A stretch of 64,000 nt of DNA from Ylistrum balloti (lineage: Eukaryota), in contig NW_026782047.1 in assembly GCF_031769215.1 (NCBI RefSeq), positions 1,364,001 through 1,428,000 on the forward strand, read 5' to 3'. Under the pieces are notes generated by a model. That model ran no database searches. It had not been told where the DNA came from and saw nothing but the letters and a program-made list of their open reading frames with translations. Positions 56,005-64,000 of this stretch are shown piece after piece. The translations under genes were made by a program, and so were the position numbers. Position 1 is the stretch's first letter; the number at the start of each line of letters is the position of its first letter.

Positions 56005-59000
56005 TTTGTAAAAGTTTTTCTTATCTTAAACCCGTATTTCTCTGTTACAATCTGCACTTTGTGGGAGTTTACTGTTTTTAACTTCAATACGTGTCATGAA
56101 ATGGAAATAACTTGTTCACAGCTGTGGTAAGTCCTATTGGTTTGAGCAAGAAATCTCCTTTCCTGTTAAGTTGATCTACCTGACTAGTTTACAACTAGAC
56201 TTTGCCGCATATTTTTGTTGGTACATATATGTAAAAAGGCACATAAAGTCAACAACTACTTATCGAATGTCTTTCCTCTGTAACACATCACCTGAATATT
56301 TTCACCCGACTCACAAAAGAATGTGGGGGTTAACGTGACTCACGTATGAAGAGTATGATGTGACTTAAATATGAAGAGCACCACGTGACTTACCAGCAAG
56401 GGATACCATGTTACTTACCTATAATGGGTGCAACGTGACTTACCTATGAGGGGTACCACGTCTGACACAGGAGGCAGTCGTTCGGCCACGATCATTAAGA
56501 AGACTGTCATGGACAGCAACGTGGTAATCCCCATGGATATTTTCTCTCCTGAGTCCGAGGGCATATAGAAGCCAAGGAGAGCCACCAGAGTGATGAGTAT
56601 ACACGGCATCACCATGTTAAACAAGTAAAACAAAGGTCGTCTCTTCAGCACGATGTAATACTTCATGAAGTCATACGGGACGGGACAACACGAGAAGTTG
56701 ACGGGATGTAGGTTGTAACTAAATGTTATAAGCTCCCATTCAGAACTAGGTATGTAATTAGTTAGGTCCCCGTTCTCGCCCATTTTCACCATCTTTAGCT
56801 TCATATTATCGAACGTCCAAGAAGCAAATTCCATACTGCAATTCTGGACATCGAATGGAAAGTAACGCACATCCATAGAACAAGAACTCTTAAATATCCA
56901 CATGGACAACCACGTAACATTTCCGTCCGGAGTGACGATTACATTTGTGCTGACTGACGATAGCGAAGACCCTACATCTGCACTGAAATTCAAAGCATTA
57001 GTTATAAGTCGAGTTGTAAGACCTCAATGAAAACATAAGTTTAACAGTGTAAAGATATTTTACTTTGACAAATGTATACAGGTTTGTAGAGGCTGTTGAT
57101 AAGGTATGTTTAAGGTAAAGGACTGTCTGTGAAGTATATTCAGTGCAAAAGCAGCCATAAACACGGTCGTCTCGTAAAAAGACCTTTGGCCATTGGAGTT
57201 ATCGATACCTTCAGAAAATAAGCCTAGTCTAATGATAACGTCTGGCTTAAATTCTTAACTATCAATTATTGGGAAACATTTTCTAAATATTGATATGAAC
57301 GAAGCCCGACTAGCATCTGTTTACTACGAGGCACCTAGTTTCGGCAATATCGATAGAAATGGCAAGACCCTCAATTAAAAGTCTAGACACGTTAATGACA
57401 TCGGGTTTATAACATTTCAAAACTACCGAATAATTACACAAAAACATCATCTATTTCCAGAAATTCGAATAAATACCTTAGAAACAGACAACTTGTTCAA
57501 TAATAAATCTTCCAAGGTCATTTCTGTGCTAAACATTATAGTATGTACAACGTAACGTTTTGGCAAGTTATTTCAATAAAAATGAAATACCCATACATGT
57601 TAAAAATTAAAATTGAAAAAAAAAACCCCTGTCATTAGTTCAATGATACTATTATTCGAAGAATGCTTAAATCAAATTCTGCTAAAATATGTACGTTAAC
57701 AGTAGTCAGATATGGCTCCGCCAGCGAATTGAAAAAAATATCTGTGACAATATTCAAATTATAAATTTATGTATGTAAATAACCCTATAGTCCTATGATT
57801 CAGACAAACCGTAATCAGGAAGAAACCCAGTTTTAGACATGATCAAAATAATACTCCATCTGGATGAGTTCGTTAGTTAATGGTTGTTGTTATCAGAAAT
57901 CGTAGAAAGCTACAGCGATAGGTATAACCGTATTGGGTATAACAGCCACAATATAGATTCCAAATTGAATGAAGCATTGGTAATACGGCCTTCACGGGAT
58001 TCACTGTCGTGTTATACATCATTGCTTGATCTTGTTACCATCACTTGCTAAAGTTTGAATGACAGACAACCTATCAGAGTGGTTTTGAGGATCTGACAGC
58101 CACTGTGTTGTGGATGATATAGTGTACGTTCCCATTCATGTATACAATTGTTTTATAAATTATGTGATCTTTTAGGTTTCGCAATTGAAATAATATTCTC
58201 TGGTCATAACATTGCATTGTTTCGGAAATGAGGAACTGACTAACTGATGAATCTCTCCGAAGCGAAGTGATATACTGCTATCGATGTAATTTCATTTTCA
58301 ACGGTAATTTCAATAATGTAATTGAAATATTGTCCACCTATTCTTACAGATAATGTTTATGTTACAGTAGAGGCAACTAAATGATTCCATTTCAAACCAA
58401 TTTATATCTTTATGCTCCGAAAACAACATTAACAACCATTTAAGCCATGAACGCAATACGGCTGTTGTAGACAATTTGTTCTAAATGACGATTTCGTGGC
58501 TGATTTAAAACCTATTTTGGAATATTGCTTTTTGACATCAACAATTTCTATTAGAACCAAGAAGTCCAAATATGGAGAATTCAAAGATGTGTTTGTACAT
58601 GATTTTCCCCCTGTCTGCTGATTATGATAGACATCTCATGACTTCTACCAGAATGGTTTCGCACACTACATGGAATCAATAGCGTCAGGCACTTGACACA
58701 ACACACGTTGATACACTTTATCACTAAAACCACAGTCATCATAGGTTTTTACATTAACAAAAACACAAATCCGTAGATGCTTTTATTTAAGATCTGATAT
58801 AGTTTCTGTACTTTTTTCTTTTGGTTTTTGTCAACTGACGTTCAAATTCGTACCACAGGGTTTCAAAAGACCCAGGTTGATAAAAAATATGAAGAAATTC
58901 TACGAGTGATCTCATTTAAAACTATCCTATTTCTTGTGCGATAAGAAGATGGACGTATGTGGCAATCTTTTATTTGCCTGTTGGTTCGGTTGTTGTATAC

Positions 59001-59831
59001 CTTGTTCTCATTTTGAGAACGTTACATTATCTACTTGGATTTTCATATAAAGAAATTACTTTATTTGATAATAATATTTCATCCATTTCTTTTACTTTGT
59101 AAAGTTGTATTATTTTATCTATGTTATCACACCAACCTTAGCATCAGTATGTTGCTATAAATAACCATATATCATGAGATGTAGTGCACATTTAGAATCG
59201 ACTTATATTTCATCAGTAGCATAACAGTTGCTCAAAATGTAACTCTTTGTCTTGTTCAACAACTGTTTACAAAAAGGTACCAATAAATCACAAAACAGAA
59301 CCTATAATTCCATTAAAAAGCTATTATGTGAACATCATCAATTCAAATTCTATTAAACTAGGACAAAACATGAACAAAAGAAATATGTACACAGAGACTC
59401 CTGAACACGTAGTAGAAAAATAAGACCAGGTTTTTCGGAAAAGTATGCATCTTTTCTTCATCGACGACACGCGACATTTACAATCTATGTTAGCAATATC
59501 ACATTCTCAAATAAAAACAAGATATAAAACAACAATTTATAGAGTTTCAAAACTAAAGACAGAAAACTTACTTATTATACAATATTACATCGAGTTTCAA
59601 CAAGAAAGACAGAAAGCTCACTCACTGTATAATTATATACTGGTTTTTCTTACGTTAAGGCAGGAAATTGTACCTATCTAACAATAAAATCGGTTTTCCT
59701 CTGGAAGGGACTATAACTTACTTATTGTACAATAATATGTCGGGTTTCCAAACATCTGAATAAGGTATCCTGACAACGTCAATATTGTTATATTTCTTTG
59801 GGTCCCATTTCAGCATGTAATCGAGCCATCC
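50018..59831 (-). CDS. Nicotinic acetylcholine receptor alpha subunit, alpha7/alpha9-10-like Cys-loop channel; 5' exons not located in the window
   Basis: Exons 59831-59722 (110 nt; WLDYMLKWDP...VWKPDILLYN), 56982-56444 (Cys-loop SSCSMDVRYFPFDVQNC, loop B SWTFD, vicinal CC in FSCCPVPY, M1, M2 GEKISMGITTLLSMTVFLMIVAE), 53286-53093 (M3) and 50368-50018 (EWQQVALVIDR, M4, TGA). GT-AG junctions with consistent phases. Confidence 0.93.
50739..51514 (+). ncRNA. Hammerhead motif interrupted by the mariner element
   Basis: Left half GCATCA CTAACGA GTCC TA (50739-50757); right half TA TAA GGAC GAAG CAGCTC (51496-51514). Removing the element and one TA restores stem II GTCC-TATAA-GGAC. Confidence 0.7.
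50758..51495 (-). mobile_element. Internally deleted mariner element with both TIRs and TA target duplication
   Basis: TA at 50756-57 and 51496-97 flank inverted ends (cgaggctaattgataagttgtga ... tcactacttatcaatcagccctca). The minus-strand ORF 51324-51034 (MEKIAERAVNQYLYKNGLAPKDIHTDMVATL...TLKRWMAEFKHDRQSLGDD) is a mariner HTH N-terminus. Sequence then jumps from ...RFATMDE straight to the C-terminal KCKDTEGDCV-like motif, so most of the catalytic domain is missing. Confidence 0.9.
55968..56004. repeat. (CAT)12 microsatellite in nAChR intron
   Basis: Direct reading. Confidence 0.95.
56335..56459 (-). repeat. 25-bp degenerate tandem repeat (5 copies) spanning the nAChR exon donor
   Basis: gtgact(t/c)ac-like motif at 56335, 56360, 56385, 56410 and 56435; the unit is 16 nt of exon plus 9 nt of intron. 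Confidence 0.8.
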
Positions 59832-62746
59832 CTGCAATGAAAACAATTTTAAACATAAGTAAACAGTAAATAGGCGGTACCATATTTACGACTCGTTTGA
59901 GACTAGGCTACGTATGTGTGTGCAACTGTTATATACTTCTCACATGATAATTGCTCTTAATATAATGTGAAATTAAAATTTCGTAACGAATATACTTGAA
60001 GGTCAAACTATAGAAAAGCCTTTTATGGACGCTCTTCGTAAAACTCTTACTCCAACTAATATCCACTACCTTTACATAAAAACAACAATCATACATGCTT
60101 TCTGAAATACATCGCAATAACACTTAATTCGTCAGGCGTGCCTGTCAGCTATTCCGAGCGCACTTAAATATTTCCAAGAATACAAACATGGACATCTGTA
60201 CTCATAAAACACGTATTTTCCCAAACATTGATTTCCTGGGTGCGCTCTTGTGTTGTGCATTTCATGCCATTATGGCGACATTTTATACTCAAATAAATAT
60301 GACTTTTAGATTTGTTCGGGTTATCAATCTTGTTTTAAGTAGAGGAGCAATGAATACGAATAGTCATTCCAAACTTACGGAATCCATAATGATCCGGTTC
60401 CTTAATTTTTGCAAGAATCAATGGTAATGTTGACAAATGTGTGTTGCAGTTTTCCTGTATTGGGGGAAACAGTGGACGTAAAGATGTTTTAAAGTTAGGA
60501 AGGAACAGTGTAGTAATTTGTAAAGGAGTAATGGATAGAATTCAAGAAAAATAGAACAACTGATACAAGAGGTTCGGATATTATTCTTCAATGACGAGAA
60601 TCTCTAAAAATCCCTTCAAAATCAATTTATCCTAGAAACTTCCTAACCCTTTCAAAAAGCTGACCGTCCTGGATGTTATCATGATTACTCAACGAGATCA
60701 TCACCTTACTAAACAAAAACCTCAAAGGAAACTTTCTCTCTTCCCAACGTGACCCTCCGTGGGTGCTATCATGTTCCACAATTCAACCCTCGAATGCGAT
60801 CTTCCTTGAATTCTTACATTCTTCCAAGGTATGATGTTCCCTAAAAGCCACGCACGTGACTTATTTTATTGGCATTATTTACCATTTGAGTATTGCTAAA
60901 CTCTGCAAAAAGCCGTCTTATTTTCCACGAGTGTGATAGTGTATATTTAAGTAGGTTATAGAATACATTGTATTACTTCCATTATAAGAACTAATACACA
61001 AACAATTATATTTGTTATCATTGAAGCTATGCATTAAGTGACACTGAATCACACCGTTGTATGGTTTACTACCCGTGCGCTTTAAGCAAGTAATATGTTT
61101 CCCTTAGAGCATACTCTATTCAATATACATCTTCAAGTAAGCGGTAATGGGTTACATAGAGCTCGTTAATATGTTCCAATGTATAACGAATGAATGCATT
61201 GGTTGTGATGTATTGCGAAGCTTTGTATTCTACAATAGTAATGATGGAGATGCTGTATGAGAGCTGTATATTTATCATTAAGCAGCATCTTCGAAGGCGT
61301 CAGATATGTAAAGGACATTCGACTTCTATCAAAGTACATACTCAGAGACTCTAAATAACACATAGCTTATACCATTTGATTAGACCAACATCATTCACAA
61401 GTTAATTTCCAACAACACCATACCGATGTCATTGTTCACTATTATATCCTGATATGCAGAAAACACAAATGGAATCTCCAATATTGCACTCAAAGTTTTC
61501 GGTCATGTTTTATTTGAAATAAAATTGCAGCATAAGAAAATCTGGGCACCAGCTTCATCGCTTTACCGATGTATCCTCTCTCCCTTTGATTTCCAAAACA
61601 CGAATCTACTTATAGATATCTTCATAACAGCAATAAAACGAAGAAAGACAAAAATAAGCGTAATAAAAACCAGCAGTTAAAACCAGAATAGTGAGTCTAG
61701 CATACGTCGCAAAGGCACCATAAAGACTTGGGAACCTTTAGGTGACACAACCAACTCTATCCAGACATAGTGATCTTTCGAGAGTATCAAACTTTTAATT
61801 GTTGAAATAAAAATCAAAAACCTTGAATGTTATTTACGAGAACGATTATCAAGATCGTCACTGTACTTTCATGATATTCTGATAGATATCTCCGACTATG
61901 CCATTAATCAGGTAACGAGAGATACTGATCCAAAACTTTTCATTCAAAGTATTTCCATCAATAACAAAATTGACATGTAAACTCTGTCCATATGACAGAC
62001 TGCCATACTATATTCGAACAATGAGCAGTGATGATGACAGAGCCCTCAGTCTTCAGCAGATATATAACTCCGTGGATGGTAAACAGTTTGTCGGCTGCCA
62101 GGGTACGTTATAAGCCTGTATAAGACATCTGTATTCTTATGAGTAGTGACACTGGTTTAGAATACACTCTTGAACGTTTTCTTTTTCTCTTCTGTCATTA
62201 TCTGATATCCTACTTTTTCAACTTGACATAATGTAATTGTTTAGATTGTGACGTGGATTGTGACGCCTGTTTCAGTACTTAACACAAGCACAAGCTTTTT
62301 TTTCTGTACATCCATAATTTTGGTCCGCACATTACTGAAGATTTGAAGTAAGATGAAACAGCACCATCCTCATATTGCCAATTGCTTTATCAGGCTATTC
62401 TATATTAATATATCAATTCAAACATAAAATGCCATATATATTTAGCATTGTGTTATTTGTACAACCCTCTTCAACTGGTATATTATGGCATTGTAACATT
62501 ATTATTTTACTTTTTTTATGGGATTCCAATAAATTTCATCAACATCAATTATATCACTATTTAATTTCACAGGAAATTTCTCGACTTCCAGTTTCAAAAT
62601 GCTCCATTTACTTGTGTCATACAGATAATACATGCTACTTTTTAAATTAGGCTTATTATGCAAGATTGTACAAAACACATAAACGAATAACAACTTTCAA
62701 TAAAAAATAAGAAAAGATACAGAAGAGCCAAACAATGAATTAGAAT

Positions 62747-62790
62747 ACATCATACAGCTGTTTCGTCCTTCTAGAACTCGTCAGTGATGC
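62747..62790 (-). ncRNA. Minimal type I hammerhead ribozyme motif, core intact
   Basis: Minus strand reads GCATCA CTGACGA GTTC TAGAA GGAC GAAA CAGCTG TA TGATGT: stem I GCAUCA/UGAUGU, core CUGANGA, stem II GUUC/GGAC, GAAA, short palindromic stem III (ACAGCUGU), GUA cleavage triplet. Confidence 0.8.
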
Positions 62791-64000
62791 TAAAGGCCTA
62801 AATTTTAAACCTTAGAGGCGACTGAGGGAAATCCTAAGTTATCGAAAAAAAAGTCAAAATCTAGATGGGAAGGTGTACGATCCCCATTAATCACTAACTT
62901 TCATAATTTCCATACAATTATATGTCTGATAATGTTTCAATATGTATCCTCTTCTTGATAGTAGTAATAAATTTAGATACGATTTCTCTGTTTGTGGTTA
63001 CAGATTTCATGCTTTAAATTTTGCATGTTTGATAAACTTGATAAATATCAGATAACATAACATGTATCGTCTAATTGCTATTGTAAATTTCTTTCCCACT
63101 TAACACGAGTAGGTTGTCAATTTGTCAATGTATTTATTGAATGCTCAATTTTCTTGCTATGGAAAGTTTTAAGAACCATTTTATGACCATTTATTCTTTT
63201 TGAGAAAACCGTTGAAAAGCAAAAGAACAAAACATTACTTTTCCAATTTTCAAGAATCATGACATGATTTGACTCATTGTTACATCTATATATTGATAAC
63301 ATAAAGAGAAATTCTTTATTGTCATCATTTCCTCTTTGGTTTCCATGCTGCGATCTTTGTCAAGAATCGTCATGGTAACATATAATGTAACCGTTTGTGT
63401 GGTTGGTTCATTTGGTGTTAGTATTGACCAATCAAATGCTACATAAAGTGACGTTTCACTGTACCAGTTTAAATCAATTAAAATCATTAACTTAATTAAA
63501 ATCCACTGAGCATTACTGAGAAATACTTGCAACGAATTCATATTTGGTGGACGGAAAGAATGATTGATATCATGACTGGAATGCAGCATTATGTGTTATC
63601 TATTTGGTGCATGCTGACAAATTCCCTGATATTGTGACTAATTGCACCGTTTTTCACCACATCTTCATACATCACGCGGCACCAGCCGATTGTCGTATTT
63701 ACCGTATGATAAAGCTATCTGTTTTCTACACGTATGTATAAAGACACTAAGCAATTGGGGAGGAGACTGGAGAAGCCCAGTCATATGGATGAGAGAACTT
63801 TGTAGTTATCGTGGCAAATACTACATTATTTAGCAATAATATGAAAAATGTAGTGACTATATTGATAAAGAAGACCGCAGTGCTATTAATTAATGCAGAA
63901 CAGACAGAAAGAGAAAGACACGACGACTATAACTTCTATTTTCATCACATTAAATGGTTTTGTAGTACAGTAATACTTTCAGATCGGTGTTTTGGCAATT

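Noticed and set aside
55807-56130. Poly-Ile and poly-Met ORFs
   Set aside because: Produced by the (CAT)12 microsatellite in an nAChR intron.
59832-64000. Search for nAChR exons 1-3 (signal peptide, QIIDV, DEKNQ...WL motifs)
   Set aside because: No convincing match found, including ORFs 62502-62693 and 63257-63589; these exons probably lie beyond position 64000, or I missed them.

Overview
AT-rich, intron-containing eukaryotic genomic DNA, probably an invertebrate; a bivalve mollusc is my inference from the repeat types and gene set. I read six spliced protein-coding genes by eye, using GT-AG junctions and phase continuity: (1) an uncharacterised 258-aa protein with a Pro/Gly/Tyr/Gln-rich N-terminus and a beta-trefoil-like C-terminus (-, 1768-6312); (2) out-at-first homolog OAF (+, 7193-9991), head-to-head with gene 1; (3) CCDC47/PAT complex subunit (-, 16040-24798, last exon unresolved); (4, 5) a divergent pair of paralogous two-exon genes of unknown function (-, 30051-30979; +, 33952-35688); (6) the 3' part of an alpha7/alpha9-like nicotinic acetylcholine receptor alpha subunit (-, 50018-59831; upstream exons not located). 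Also present are two decayed copies of one mariner family, a tRNA-derived SINE head and many minisatellites. The most striking non-coding signal is a dispersed repeat family with five copies, each carrying a minimal type I hammerhead ribozyme motif (Penelope-like/retrozyme type). One copy has an intact core and one is split by a mariner inserted into its stem II loop. In three genes a tandem repeat amplifies a splice site itself. No database search or folding computation was run; gene names rest on remembered family motifs.
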